Assembly (NCBI GenBank): GCA_021799035.1 | Contig: JAJZBG010000001.1 | Span: forward strand, 50,706-114,705 | Direction: 5' to 3' | Length of the DNA: 64,000 nt | Source: Actinomycetes bacterium | GTDB taxonomy: Bacteria > Actinomycetota > Acidimicrobiia > Acidimicrobiales > Acidimicrobiaceae | Shown: one piece after another, positions 38,793 through 48,927 of the stretch | Numbering within the stretch: the first letter of the stretch is position 1 | Layout: every line of letters begins with the position of its first letter | The notes under the pieces: generated by a model | Seen by the model: only the letters and a program-made list of their open reading frames with translations | Databases searched by the model: none | What the model was told of the DNA's origin: nothing | Translations under genes and position numbers: made by a program

Positions 38793-39446
38793 CTAACTCC
38801 AATATGATACATGACTGTCAAAACCCTCGTCTAAGCTCGCCGAAGTGGGTGCCTTTTCAGCTGATCCAAGGTAGATCCAGCCCGTTATCATATCGTTCTC
38901 CCTCAGGCCAAGTGCCTCCTTGACAGACGCGTCATAGCTTGGTTCGCCCGTGCGCCACATAGAACCGATGCCAAGGGCGGTAGCCGCAATTAACATGTTC
39001 TCGCATGTTGCAGCGACCGCGGCAAACTGTTCAGTCCAGGGAATCCGGTTGTCATGATCAATTACCGCGCATACTGCGACAACGCACGGAGCTCTTAGAA
39101 GCTTGTTGCGCTCTTTGTTGAGTTGGTGATCCGCGGGTATGATTCCTTGGTTCTCTAGCCTCTTCGCTAGTGCAGCCGCCAGAATGTCTCCGAAGCGCCC
39201 ACGAGCTTCGCCTTCGAAAATGACGAACCGCCACGGTCTCAGGCGACCGTGGTCTGGAGCCGACATTCCCGCTCTTATGATCGTCTCTAGCTGTTCCTCG
39301 GTCGGTCCCGGCTCTTTCAAGCGGCCGCTCGATCTTCTGTTAATGACAGCTGCCAGGCTGGGTGGCGTTTCTTTCATGGTTTCAAGGCTTTCTGCCAATG
39401 CCGGATCTGCACCTCTCTTTTCTATTACCAGCCACGCGCGACCCAC
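38793..39446 (-). CDS. nitroreductase family protein
   Basis: 217 aa. RRSSGRL...PDHGRLRPWRF block typical of NAD(P)H nitroreductases. Confidence 0.8.
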   Translation of the reverse strand: MGRAWLVIEKRGADPALAESLETMKETPPSLAAVINRRSSGRLKEPGPTEEQLETIIRAGMSAPDHGRLRPWRFVIFEGEARGRFGDILAAALAKRLENQGIIPADHQLNKERNKLLRAPCVVAVCAVIDHDNRIPWTEQFAAVAATCENMLIAATALGIGSMWRTGEPSYDASVKEALGLRENDMITGWIYLGSAEKAPTSASLDEGFDSHVSYWS

Positions 39447-40105
39447 TCTGCGAGCTTCGGCGACTCTTCCCCTATTGTCGTGTGTCGGCCATGGCCAGGC
39501 AGCACCACGGTTTCAGACGGGAGACTTGCGAAAAGTCTGTTCTCGATGGAGTTTATGATCGTGGGGAAATCCCCACCTTCATAGTGTGTGGCACCCGGCC
39601 CATCCGGGAATAGAGTGTCACCGCTAAATAGGATGGGGAAGCCGATGACCGAAAAGCAGACTGATCCAGGGGTATGCCCGGGAGTCTTTATTGCCCGGAT
39701 TCGGATGTTCCCGATCGCGATCGTCTCCTCGTCTTCGATGACGTAGTCGTAGCTCGGCAGCATATTGGCATCGTCGATCGCGACCCCAACTCTGTAGCCT
39801 GCTTCACGAAACTCTTTGACTGCTCCTATATGGTCCCAGTGGCCGTGAGTTTCCACTACTGACTTGACTTGTAGGTCGCTAGAAATCTTCAGCAATTTCT
39901 GATGCTCGTTTGCAGCGTCTATCAGCAATGATTCACCTGTATCTGTACATCTGATGAGATAGACATTGTTATCTATAGGTCCGACCACGGTCTTATAGAT
40001 CTCAAGGCCGCTCTCCGCCGTGAACGGTGTAAGCTTCAAAATCGCCTCCAGGTTGTGCGTCGCAGTTGGTCGTGAACTAGATTGATTCCGGGCTTGTAGA
40101 TACAA
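39425..40105 (-). CDS. MBL-fold metallo-hydrolase (glyoxalase II-like)
   Basis: ETHGHWDHIG and TPGHTPGS motifs. Its 3' end overlaps the nitroreductase start by 22 nt. Confidence 0.85.
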   Translation of the reverse strand: MYLQARNQSSSRPTATHNLEAILKLTPFTAESGLEIYKTVVGPIDNNVYLIRCTDTGESLLIDAANEHQKLLKISSDLQVKSVVETHGHWDHIGAVKEFREAGYRVGVAIDDANMLPSYDYVIEDEETIAIGNIRIRAIKTPGHTPGSVCFSVIGFPILFSGDTLFPDGPGATHYEGGDFPTIINSIENRLFASLPSETVVLPGHGRHTTIGEESPKLAEWVARGW

Positions 40106-40176
40106 GGCTAATGCAGAAAGCCCGGTGCTTGACGGCCAGTGTTTTCTAGTTCGTTCATGACCATAGGGGAGCCTAG

Positions 40177-41289
40177 ATGAATTTCGCCTTCAGTGAGGAA
40201 CAGGAAGAATTCAGGCGTTCAGTCCGTCGTTTCTTGGAAGACAAGTCACCAATTGCTGAGGTCCGGCGGTTGATGGAGACCGAGGCGGGATTCGATCCTG
40301 GCGTCTGGGGCCAGATGGCAGGTCAGCTGGGATTGACGGCTGTGATAATCCCCGAGAAGTTTGGCGGGATAGGGTTCGGGCAGGTTGAACTCGGAATTGT
40401 CTTCGAGGAAATGGGAAGAGCGCTTTTCTGTGCCCCGTATTTTTCAACTGTTGCTTTGGGCGTAAACCTCCTCCTGGAGAGCGGAGATGAAGAGGTGTGC
40501 TCGTCCTACCTTCCCCAAGTTGCGTCTGGCGATGCCCGTCTTGCTCTTGCAGCCACCGAATCGGATAGGGATTGGTCTACTGATGCGATTAGTACGGTAG
40601 CCGAAGGCGGCTTCGAGGCTGTGCTCACAGGTACGAAACCGTTTGTGATTGACGGTTTGACGGCAACGCACCTTCTCGTCTTGGCTCAGGAGGACGGTGG
40701 CGTCAGTCTGTTCATCGCAGATGGTTCTGAGCCTTCAATATCGAAGGAGCCTCAGGTCTCGCTCGATCTCACCCGCAAACTCGCGGTTCTGGATTTTGAA
40801 AGAACTCCTGCCAAGCGGGTGGGTTCAGCTGGTGCCGGGATCTCTTATTACGAAGCAATGTTGCAAAAGGCGTTGATCTCGCTTGCGGCAGAGCAGGTGG
40901 GGGGAGCGCAGCGCGTCCTTGAAATGGCTGTTGGGTATGCCAAGGAGAGAGTCCAGTTCGGCCGGCCGATCGGATCGTTTCAAGCTATCAAGCACAAGTG
41001 CGCGGACATGCTCGTGGATATTGAATCAGCGAAGTCGGCAGCATACTACGCGTCGTGGGTGGTTCAAAACAACCCGGCTGAGCTGGCGACGGCGGCATAT
41101 CTGGCCAAGGCTTTTTGCTCAGAGGCATTTTTTACTGCTGCTGCAGAGAATATTCAGATTCACGGTGGAATTGGCTTCACGTGGGAGCATGACGCACATC
41201 TTTACTTCAAAAGGGCGAAATCGTCGGAAATACTGTTCGGCACCCCCGCTTACTTCAGAGAGAAGCTTGCTGAGGCCATCGGGTTATAG
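40177..41289 (+). CDS. acyl-CoA dehydrogenase family protein
   Basis: 370 aa with the ACAD C-terminal block IQIHGGIGFTWEHD. Confidence 0.85.
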   Translation: MNFAFSEEQEEFRRSVRRFLEDKSPIAEVRRLMETEAGFDPGVWGQMAGQLGLTAVIIPEKFGGIGFGQVELGIVFEEMGRALFCAPYFSTVALGVNLLLESGDEEVCSSYLPQVASGDARLALAATESDRDWSTDAISTVAEGGFEAVLTGTKPFVIDGLTATHLLVLAQEDGGVSLFIADGSEPSISKEPQVSLDLTRKLAVLDFERTPAKRVGSAGAGISYYEAMLQKALISLAAEQVGGAQRVLEMAVGYAKERVQFGRPIGSFQAIKHKCADMLVDIESAKSAAYYASWVVQNNPAELATAAYLAKAFCSEAFFTAAAENIQIHGGIGFTWEHDAHLYFKRAKSSEILFGTPAYFREKLAEAIGL

Positions 41290-41465
41290 CCGCTGGCGCT
41301 CTCTGCAACCGAGGCCAGGGCGTATTTTTTCGGGCGGTCTTGTTCATGTCTGATATTTGTGTCACTTTTGGCGGAGACGTCAGGCGGGTGTGCAACCTTT
41401 TGCTTTTCGTAGAGAGCATTTGTTGATTAGAGGTTGGGGAAGGTCTGGCTTGAAAGAGGCGACAA

Positions 41466-42218
41466 TTGGAAATCGAGATTGATGGAAGCCAGGGGAAGAT
41501 ACTCGGATACCTTTCCCAGGGAACGGCCAAAGTCAAGCACGCAAGCCAAGGCCATCAAGTCTTGGTTTTGAATTTTGGGATTCCGATCGCAAAGCCGGTT
41601 TCCGACACCGACCTTTTTCATAGGGAACTGGTGGAGCGAATTTCCAACCAGTCGGGATGGACTGTTCTTTCCATATTGTGTTCGGGAGTTGATGGCTCTT
41701 CAGGAAGATTCTCTCCGAAGGCTTGGTGCGACGATACCGAGGCCGCCGTGCAGTATCTAGTTTCGAATGGTCAGGCGCGGTCGGTGCTTCTGGCTGGCTA
41801 TGATCTCGCTTGTGCGATCTGCCTATATGTTGCTGCACGGTCCGAGGTTGTCAGGGGCGTTGCAACAATTTCGCCGATCGTAGACCTTGGTGAGTATGTC
41901 GCCAACCCTCGGCTCGTGCTTGACAGAGCTCGAGCGGTTGGAGTAAAGGTCCCGAGCAAGCCTGCCGAGCTAGATTCCTGGTCGAGAGAATTTGAGGATC
42001 TTGACCCAGCTAAATCAGCGGAATTGATGGGATCCAAGCAGTGGCTTGTGGTCCATGGTCGTGATGACGATGTCGTCACGGATGCTCAATTGAAAGAGTT
42101 CTTGTCGGTTTCGGGTGTTACGGCGGAAGCGCATTCGCTTACCGCAGGAGACCATCAGCTGGTTGCTGATCCGCGTATGATGGCAATCCTCCTGGGCTGG
42201 ATGGAGAGGATAAGGTAG
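41466..42218 (+). CDS. alpha/beta hydrolase-fold protein
   Basis: 250 aa with a late HGRDDDVV block typical of alpha/beta hydrolases. The nucleophile elbow is atypical (AGYDLA). Confidence 0.6.
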   Translation: MEIEIDGSQGKILGYLSQGTAKVKHASQGHQVLVLNFGIPIAKPVSDTDLFHRELVERISNQSGWTVLSILCSGVDGSSGRFSPKAWCDDTEAAVQYLVSNGQARSVLLAGYDLACAICLYVAARSEVVRGVATISPIVDLGEYVANPRLVLDRARAVGVKVPSKPAELDSWSREFEDLDPAKSAELMGSKQWLVVHGRDDDVVTDAQLKEFLSVSGVTAEAHSLTAGDHQLVADPRMMAILLGWMERIR

Positions 42219-42276
42219 CGTAGTTTTAGCAAGGCAATTGCTCTGAAGTGGCTGAAGTGGCTGAAATCGACGGATT

Positions 42277-42885
42277 CTAGATCTTTGGCGTCATTGTTTC
42301 TTGGTGGGCGACCCATGCGAGCGTTAATAGCATCATGCCGAAGATAAGCGCATACCAGCCGATGATCCAGGCAAGCACGACGGCACCAGCGCGTGGATTT
42401 GCGGCCAACAGGAGACTCAAGATGATCGAGATCGCACCTAGAGCACCCAGAACCCATCCATAACGCACGGCTCTCCGAAGAATCAGAGCGATCATTATCT
42501 GTGCCATGCCGGTGACGAACGCCCATATGGCGATGACGATGAGCAGGGCAAGGGCTGTGACTGATGGCCACAGCAGCGTGACCACTCCGATGGTTACGCC
42601 CGCGAGACCTCGAAACAGCCACCAGCCACGGTTCTTGCGAAGGTTGCCGAAAATCACCGTGCTCAGCGAGAAGACCCCGTCAATAAATACAAACATCGCC
42701 CACAGGACCAGCAAAGCCCATAGAGTTACGTGAGGCCATGCAAGGGCAGTGATTCCAAAAAGCACTGTCAGCACTCCGCGAACTGTCAGCCAACGCCAGT
42801 CTCCCAGGATCTCATTTATCATCGTCGTCTCCGAGAGCAGGTCGGTTGATCCTGCCAAACCTGGGGAATTCCAGTCCTTGGACAA
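42277..42885 (-). CDS. HdeD/DUF308-family membrane protein
   Basis: Six TM segments with repeated G(V/L)..I..G...L.WP units. Confidence 0.7.
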   Translation of the reverse strand: MSKDWNSPGLAGSTDLLSETTMINEILGDWRWLTVRGVLTVLFGITALAWPHVTLWALLVLWAMFVFIDGVFSLSTVIFGNLRKNRGWWLFRGLAGVTIGVVTLLWPSVTALALLIVIAIWAFVTGMAQIMIALILRRAVRYGWVLGALGAISIILSLLLAANPRAGAVVLAWIIGWYALIFGMMLLTLAWVAHQETMTPKI

Positions 42886-42929
42886 TGAAGACGACTATCG
42901 CACTGGGGAGGCTAGTTTGACCTGCGCGA

Positions 42930-43211
42930 TCAAGGCTGAACGTGTGTCTGGCTGAAATTGCCATTTCCCGGCCCGGATTTGGGTAAGCGCTTGGGCCATT
43001 TGATCTCAAGCTCGAGTTCGTCACCGGCTTCTTCGATCTTGGCTTGGACCTCCAGTGTTAAAGGCTCTGGAATGTCCAACGTTAATGTCTGGCTGCCAAT
43101 CGTCAGGGTAAAGGGCTTTCCTGACGCCAAATCCGTCCCAAGAGAGCTAAGGTAATCCGCTGCTTGCTGTCGGGACATCGACAGGGTTTCTTTGTACTTG
43201 GCTTTCGACAT
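42930..43211 (-). CDS. amphi-Trp domain-containing protein
   Basis: SRQQAADYLSSLGTDLASG...LTLEVQAKIEEAGDELELEIKW. I chose the ATG at 43211. Confidence 0.6.
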   Translation of the reverse strand: MSKAKYKETLSMSRQQAADYLSSLGTDLASGKPFTLTIGSQTLTLDIPEPLTLEVQAKIEEAGDELELEIKWPKRLPKSGPGNGNFSQTHVQP

Positions 43212-43342
43212 CGTCGCTCCTCTCGCGAGTGAGTTCAACCTACGATGCGCCCCTGCCAAACTCAAGCCCATATTACGCCAAGGTACCTTGATTTGTCATC
43301 AGACCTTTTCTTCAGCCAGAATTGCGCTTTCACAAACAGCCG

Positions 43343-43981
43343 CTAGGCGTCGAGTGCTCTGTCGATCGCGGTTCGGAGTTCAAGTGCCGAGCGATACGGG
43401 TTGTCAGATTGTGTGAGGTATCGGACTACGACGAAATGGCGAACTCCGTGAGTTACGAGCTCTGGGATGGCTGCTGGCTGAACTGCACCGGTGGCAAAGA
43501 CAGGTTTTGGAGATAGCGCCGAAGCCTTTTGGACATAGCCTATGCCAGTGCCACTTCTTCCGGGCTTGGTTGGCGTTGGCACAATTGGACCGGCCGATAT
43601 GTAGTCGGCGTCCTTCAAGAGGCTGTCTTCTAGCTCGCTTGAGCTATGGGTTGAGAGACCTACAATCGCAGCGGGGAGGATTTTGCGGACAAGGGAAACG
43701 TCGACGTCATCCTGGCCGACGTGGACACCATCTGCTCCCACTTCGAGTGCTATGTCGGGACGGTCATTGATGATGAACGGAACACCGAGATCGCTTGTGA
43801 CCTTGCGCAACTCAGTTGCGCAGCTGACTATTGCCCTGGCCGTTGCCGTCTTTTCGCGAAGTTGAACGATGTCGACTCCGCCCCTGACTACGTCAGACAC
43901 AAAAGCGGTCAAATCATCTCGAATCGAAGTGCACAGGTAGAGATGCCTTTTCGAGAGGTCAAAAGTTTCTCTCTGGCTCAT
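43343..43981 (-). CDS. thiE: thiamine-phosphate synthase
   Basis: LYLCT...GVDIVQLREK...INDRPDIALEVGADGVHVGQDD blocks. Confidence 0.9.
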   Translation of the reverse strand: MSQRETFDLSKRHLYLCTSIRDDLTAFVSDVVRGGVDIVQLREKTATARAIVSCATELRKVTSDLGVPFIINDRPDIALEVGADGVHVGQDDVDVSLVRKILPAAIVGLSTHSSSELEDSLLKDADYISAGPIVPTPTKPGRSGTGIGYVQKASALSPKPVFATGAVQPAAIPELVTHGVRHFVVVRYLTQSDNPYRSALELRTAIDRALDA

Positions 43982-44580
43982 TTTGCGGCTTTTCCCTGGG
44001 CCTTCATTTCTGACTTGAACTCTCTCACCTTCTTCAGTGATTCTGTGTCTGTTATGTCCGCAACGGAACGGAACGACCCCGGTTCTCCGAATGGTGAGCT
44101 TGCTTCGCGCCAGTTGGGCACGTCGACGCCCATTTGCTTTCCAAGAAGTGCAAGGAATATCTTTGCCTTCATCTCTCCAAATCCGGGAAGTCTCCTAATC
44201 CTGGCAAGCAGCTCCTTCCCGTCCTTGGCGCCCGTCCAGATCTGACTTGCGTCATTTCCATACTCTTGTGCCACGACCATGCACACTTCCTGCACCCTCT
44301 GTGCCATGGCTGCTGGATATCTGTGAAGAGCCGGCTTCTCAGAGAAGATCTTTTCCAGCTGGGCTGGATCAATTGAGGCGATCTTCGATGCGTTCAGAGT
44401 CTCTCCCAACCGCCGGCTGAGAAGCAAAGGCGCCATGAAGGCCTTTTCGAGAGTTATCTGCTGGTCAAGAACTAGCCCGATGAGAAGTGCCAGTGGAGAC
44501 TCTGACAGCAGCTCGTCTGCATCTCGATCCTGTGCAATAGCCAACTTTGGCATACCAGATTCGCTCCTAACGACTCGCAT
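43978..44580 (-). CDS. HhH-GPD-family base-excision-repair-like protein
   Basis: 200 aa with LIGLVLDQQ...LPGFGEMKAKIFLALL helix-hairpin-helix features. ATGA overlap with thiE. Confidence 0.7.
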   Translation of the reverse strand: MRVVRSESGMPKLAIAQDRDADELLSESPLALLIGLVLDQQITLEKAFMAPLLLSRRLGETLNASKIASIDPAQLEKIFSEKPALHRYPAAMAQRVQEVCMVVAQEYGNDASQIWTGAKDGKELLARIRRLPGFGEMKAKIFLALLGKQMGVDVPNWREASSPFGEPGSFRSVADITDTESLKKVREFKSEMKAQGKAAK

Positions 44581-44618
44581 TTTGATGACTTTTCAAACTT
44601 TCACAGTTTCCTAGAAGT

Positions 44619-44647
44619 CCAGCTTCCTGCGCTTAGCGCCAAGCTGG
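44619..44647. terminator. hairpin downstream of aceE (terminator-like, no clear T-tract)
   Basis: CCAGCTT-15 nt (containing the inner hairpin GCGCTTAGCGC)-AAGCTGG. Confidence 0.4.
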
Positions 44648-44671
44648 GAAGTCTCCAGCACCTCTCGACGA

Positions 44672-47407
44672 CTAAAGGTTTGCTCTTCGCGGGTCCATCG
44701 AAGTTGGGTCGATGCCGAATGTCGCGATGGCATCCTGAACTTCTTCGACTTTGGCCGCGCCATCTGCGAGCAGACCGTAGAGTACCGAGATGACTATATG
44801 GGCAGCATCTATCTCGAAGTGTCTCCTGAGCGCCTCTCTTGTGTCGGACCGTCCGAAGCCGTCGGTTCCCAGAGGAATGAATGAGTCCGCAGGTACGAAT
44901 CGTGCTATCTGATCAGGAACAATCTTCATGTAATCAGTCACCGCAACGACAGGACCTTCTCCCTGGGAGAGGACCTGGGTGACGTGCGGGACCTTGGGCA
45001 GCGCAGCTGGATTCAGCCGATTCCACCGCTCAGCCTCTAGGGCATCCTCACGCAAGTTCTTGTAAGAGGTGACAGAATAAAGGGTGGCAGCCACTCCGTA
45101 TTTCTCTGCGAGGATAGCTTGAGCCTGTTGCGCCATCTGCCATGTGGGCCCAGAGAAGAGGATTGAAGCCCTTCTGGGCGCATCAGTGCCACTTACAGAC
45201 GGCGGTTCGGCCCATCTATAGATTCCTCTGATCACGCCTTCCTGGATTTCTTCGAAGGTCGAACCTTCGGGCAAGGGTGGTTGAATGTAATTCTCGTTGT
45301 AGAGAGTTATGTAGTAGATGCAGTCTCGGGCATTGGCACCGTACATGTCCTCGAAGCCGCGACGGATCAAGATTCCCAGCTCATATGCGAACGACGGGTC
45401 ATAGGCGCAGATACTTGGCACCGTGGAGGCAAGAACGTGCGAGTGACCGTCGGTATGCTGAAGCCCCTCGCCCAGAAGAGTGGTCCTTCCTGCGGTTGCC
45501 CCCAGGAGAAAACCCTTGGCTCTAGCGTCGCTGGCCGCCCAGATCAAGTCTCCTGTGCGCTGAAATCCGAACATCGAATAGAAGATGTACATGGGAATCA
45601 TCGGCTGGCCGAAGTTGGCATACGAGGTGCCGGCTGCAGTAAACGAAGCCATAGAGCCTGATTCTGTTATTCCTTCCTCAAGGATTTGGCCATCTTTGGA
45701 TTCAGTATACGAAAGGAGAAGTCCGGCATCGACAGGGGTGTAAATCTGACCCTGAGAGGAGTAGATCTTGACCTCTTTGAACAGCGCATCGAGGCCGAAA
45801 GTCCTAGCTTCGTCCGGAACGATCGGCACTATGCGCCTGCCCACAGAGGGATCGCGGACAAAGTTCCTAAGCATCTTGGCAAATGCCATGGTTGTAGATA
45901 CAGGAAGCTTGGCAGATCCCTGGAGGAACTCCGAAATTGTCTCGAGCGCCGGAGGGTCGAGCGGTTTGGACTTCACCACTCTGGATGGCAGAGGTCCTCC
46001 CAAAGAGGTTCTGCGAGATACCAGGTATTCGTATTCCGACGAACCTTCCTTTGGTCGATAGTACGGAGGAAGCTTGCTGTCCAGTGCCTCTTCAGGTATC
46101 TCTTCGTGAAGTCTCAGACGGTCTCTCAGCCTCAGAAGCTGGGCCTTGTTCATCTTCTTAATTTGGTGGGTTGCGTTGCGTGCTTCAATCTCTGGGCCAA
46201 GTGTCCAACCTTTGATGGTTTTCGCCAAGATCACCGTTGGAGCTCCCTGATTTTCCATCGCTGCCTTATAGGCCGCATAGAGCTTGCGGTAGTCGTGCCC
46301 TCCTCTCGGCAGGTCTTGAAGCTCCTTGTCGCTCAAATGCTCCACCATTTTTCGCAGCCGCGGATCAGGTCCGAAGAAGTGCTCGCGGATGTACTCGCCG
46401 CTCTCGGTGGCGTATTTTTGAAAGTCGCCGTCTGGGGTGGTGTTCATCTTGTTGAGCAGAACTCCGTCGACGTCCTGGGCCAAGAGCCTGTCCCAAGCAC
46501 TCCCCCAGATGACTTTGATGACATTCCAACCTGCTCCACGGAAGACGGCCTCTAGTTCCTGGATTATCTTTCCATTGCCACGCACGGGGCCATCAAGTCT
46601 CTGAAGGTTGCAGTTGACAACGAAGATGAGGTTGTCGAGTTTCTCGCGTGCAGCCAACGAAAGGGCACCGAGAGTCTCGGGCTCATCAACCTCACCGTCG
46701 CCAACAAAGCACCAGACCTTGCAGTTTGAGGTATCTGCCACGTGGCGGTGATCGAGGTATCTGTTGAATCTTGCCTGGTAGATAGCAGTAATAGGTCCGA
46801 GACCCATGGATACCGTGGGATATTGCCAGAATTGCTGCATCAAGCGTGGATGGGGGTATGAAGAAAGACCAACACCGCCGACTTCTTGCCTGAAGTTATC
46901 GAGCTGTTCTTCACTTAGACGGCCCTCCAAGTACGCTCGGGCGTATATTCCTGGCGATGCATGGCCTTGAATGAAGACCTGGTCCCCGAAGTTGCCGTCA
47001 GCCTTACCGCGGAAGAAGTGGTTGAAGCCAACCTCGTAAAGTGAGGCTGACGAGGCATAGGTGGCAAGATGGCCACCTATGCCGTCCGAGAGGATATTCG
47101 CCCTTGTTACCATTACGGCGGCATTCCAACGTATGAAGGATCTGATGCGCCGCTCCATGTACTCATCGCCGGGAAACCACGGCTCCTCCTCAGGAGGGAT
47201 GGTGTTTATGTAGGGAGTCGACACTGAAGCGGGAAACCCCACCTGTGTCTCCCTCGCCTTTTCCAGGAGTTTCATCAATATGTATGTGGCTCTTGGCCTA
47301 CCTTTTGTATCGATGACCGCCGCCAGCGAGTCAACCCACTCTTGTGTTTCTTCAGGGTCGATATCTGGCAATTGATGAGAAAATCCGTCGAATATCACGT
47401 GCTCCAT
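44672..47407 (-). CDS. aceE: pyruvate dehydrogenase E1 component, homodimeric type
   Basis: 911 aa with an AceE-type N-terminus (DIDPEETQEWVDSL...) and ThDP-binding region. Confidence 0.95.
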   Translation of the reverse strand: MEHVIFDGFSHQLPDIDPEETQEWVDSLAAVIDTKGRPRATYILMKLLEKARETQVGFPASVSTPYINTIPPEEEPWFPGDEYMERRIRSFIRWNAAVMVTRANILSDGIGGHLATYASSASLYEVGFNHFFRGKADGNFGDQVFIQGHASPGIYARAYLEGRLSEEQLDNFRQEVGGVGLSSYPHPRLMQQFWQYPTVSMGLGPITAIYQARFNRYLDHRHVADTSNCKVWCFVGDGEVDEPETLGALSLAAREKLDNLIFVVNCNLQRLDGPVRGNGKIIQELEAVFRGAGWNVIKVIWGSAWDRLLAQDVDGVLLNKMNTTPDGDFQKYATESGEYIREHFFGPDPRLRKMVEHLSDKELQDLPRGGHDYRKLYAAYKAAMENQGAPTVILAKTIKGWTLGPEIEARNATHQIKKMNKAQLLRLRDRLRLHEEIPEEALDSKLPPYYRPKEGSSEYEYLVSRRTSLGGPLPSRVVKSKPLDPPALETISEFLQGSAKLPVSTTMAFAKMLRNFVRDPSVGRRIVPIVPDEARTFGLDALFKEVKIYSSQGQIYTPVDAGLLLSYTESKDGQILEEGITESGSMASFTAAGTSYANFGQPMIPMYIFYSMFGFQRTGDLIWAASDARAKGFLLGATAGRTTLLGEGLQHTDGHSHVLASTVPSICAYDPSFAYELGILIRRGFEDMYGANARDCIYYITLYNENYIQPPLPEGSTFEEIQEGVIRGIYRWAEPPSVSGTDAPRRASILFSGPTWQMAQQAQAILAEKYGVAATLYSVTSYKNLREDALEAERWNRLNPAALPKVPHVTQVLSQGEGPVVAVTDYMKIVPDQIARFVPADSFIPLGTDGFGRSDTREALRRHFEIDAAHIVISVLYGLLADGAAKVEEVQDAIATFGIDPTSMDPRRANL

Positions 47408-47565
47408 ACTTCCACTAATTGATGGCTATATAAAGTAATTCATGCCGTTTATAAGCCACTCTATTCACCCTGGTGCGATATGGATTGCCAGGTTCTAGAT
47501 TTGTATTGAGTTTTTGAATAATTTCGATAGTTCGCTGATTTGTGGACGCTTCGTCGAGGAGCCGC

Positions 47566-48033
47566 ATGGCCTTAGTTATTTATACAGATGGTGCTTGTTT
47601 CGGCAATCCTGGCCCCGGGGGTTGGGCTTGGGTGCGCGAAGACGGGGTTTCTGCAGGGGGCTACGAGACCTATACCACCAATCAGCGAATGGAGGCCATC
47701 GCAGTCCTCGAAGCGATCAAAGCACACCAGGGCGAACTCGCCATTTACTCGGACTCGGCGTACGTTGTCAACTGCTTCCAGAATCAGTGGTGGAAAGGGT
47801 GGGAAGCAAGGGGATGGAAGAATGCTCGAGGTGCAGCGGTCGCAAACCAGGATATTTGGCGCCCTTTGATCAAGCTGTACAAGGAGAGAAGAGCGGTGGC
47901 GTTTTACAAGGTGAAAGGCCATTCTGGCGTTGAGCTAAACGAGAGAGCGGATCGTCTTGCTAACGAGCAGGCGACTCACGCTGCGAGTTTGCAGGCGAAC
48001 TCTTTTCAACCGGGTCAGGGGAGGCTCTTTTAG
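47566..48033 (+). CDS. rnhA: ribonuclease HI
   Basis: IYTDGACFGNPGPGGW, TNQRMEA, DSAYV and NERADRLA. GAGGAG SD 4 nt before the ATG at 47566. Confidence 0.9.
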   Translation: MALVIYTDGACFGNPGPGGWAWVREDGVSAGGYETYTTNQRMEAIAVLEAIKAHQGELAIYSDSAYVVNCFQNQWWKGWEARGWKNARGAAVANQDIWRPLIKLYKERRAVAFYKVKGHSGVELNERADRLANEQATHAASLQANSFQPGQGRLF

Positions 48034-48120
48034 GCTAGAGGCTGAGCCGCCTTTCCTTTCTCAAGATCGCGTTGCGCTTTACTTCTAGAATGCGCATGTT
48101 CTTTGGTCTAAGTTGGTCCC

Positions 48121-48888
48121 ATGGATATATCGAGACTATCTGCGTTCGTCACAGGAGCTGGTTCGGGGCTTGGAGCCGCCACCGCACGCCATCTTGCCGA
48201 ACTTGGTGCTTTAGTGACACTATTTGACAGGGATGACAAACGTGTTGCAGATGTGGCGCGTGAAATCGGCAGCTCGGCCTCATGGGCTTCAGGGGACGTG
48301 ACAAGCGAATCTGATGTAAGAATTGGCCTTGAGAAGGCTACGTCGCATCGCCCGCTTCGGGTAGTTGTCAACTGTGCAGGAATAGGGCATGTTGAGCGTG
48401 TGGTGAGCAGGGATGGGATTCCCCATGATCTTTCTGCCTTTGAGCGTGTGATACGGACCAATCTGATTGGGACTTTTAATGTTCTCAGGTTGGCGGCTGC
48501 TCTTATGGCTGAAAATGAGCCGTTAGGGGATAACGAGCGCGGCGTCATCGTCAATACAGCCTCGGTCGCAGCCTTTGACGGGCAGATTGGACAGATCGCT
48601 TATTCGGCATCAAAGGGAGGAGTCGTTGGCCTCACTCTTCCCGCTGCGCGAGACCTTTCCAGCGTGGGCATTCGAGTGATGACGATTGCCCCCGGAATTA
48701 TAGACACCCCGTTGCTTGGCCAACTTCCTGAGGAGGTTCGCGTAGCATTGGCGGCAAGTGTTCCATTTCCGAAAAGATTGGGGCTTCCTGGTGACTATGC
48801 TCAGCTGGTCGAGATGGTCATTCAAAGCGGATATCTCAACGGTGAGGTTATCCGGCTCGACGGCGCGCTCAGGATGGCACCAAAGTAG
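48121..48888 (+). CDS. SDR-family oxidoreductase (3-hydroxyacyl-CoA dehydrogenase type 2-like)
   Basis: TGAGSGLG, NCAG and YSASKGG motifs. Confidence 0.85.
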   Translation: MDISRLSAFVTGAGSGLGAATARHLAELGALVTLFDRDDKRVADVAREIGSSASWASGDVTSESDVRIGLEKATSHRPLRVVVNCAGIGHVERVVSRDGIPHDLSAFERVIRTNLIGTFNVLRLAAALMAENEPLGDNERGVIVNTASVAAFDGQIGQIAYSASKGGVVGLTLPAARDLSSVGIRVMTIAPGIIDTPLLGQLPEEVRVALAASVPFPKRLGLPGDYAQLVEMVIQSGYLNGEVIRLDGALRMAPK

Positions 48889-48927
48889 TGCCCAACGTAT
48901 TCCCGGGTGCGAGTCTAAGCTTGGTTC

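Noticed and set aside
42243-42269. Tandem 9-mers CTGAAGTGG CTGAAGTGG CTGAAATCG
   Set aside because: This is a tiny microrepeat in a 58-nt convergent intergenic gap. It is most simply slippage, with no associated structure or gene.
44581-44671. TPP riboswitch expected near thiE
   Set aside because: thiE overlaps the upstream HhH-GPD gene (ATGA). The region upstream of that gene shows only a terminator-like hairpin for aceE, and no THI-box (CTGAGA…) core was seen.
45686-46555. 289-aa plus-strand ORF inside aceE. Similar long antisense or off-frame ORFs occur at 10902-11702, 14359-14970, 11776-12720, 32648-33196, 28975-29487, 39139-39558 and 48108-48554.
   Set aside because: Each lies entirely within a gene that has strong family motifs in another frame or on the other strand. 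All have R/S/P/C-rich shadow-ORF composition and no recognisable motifs.
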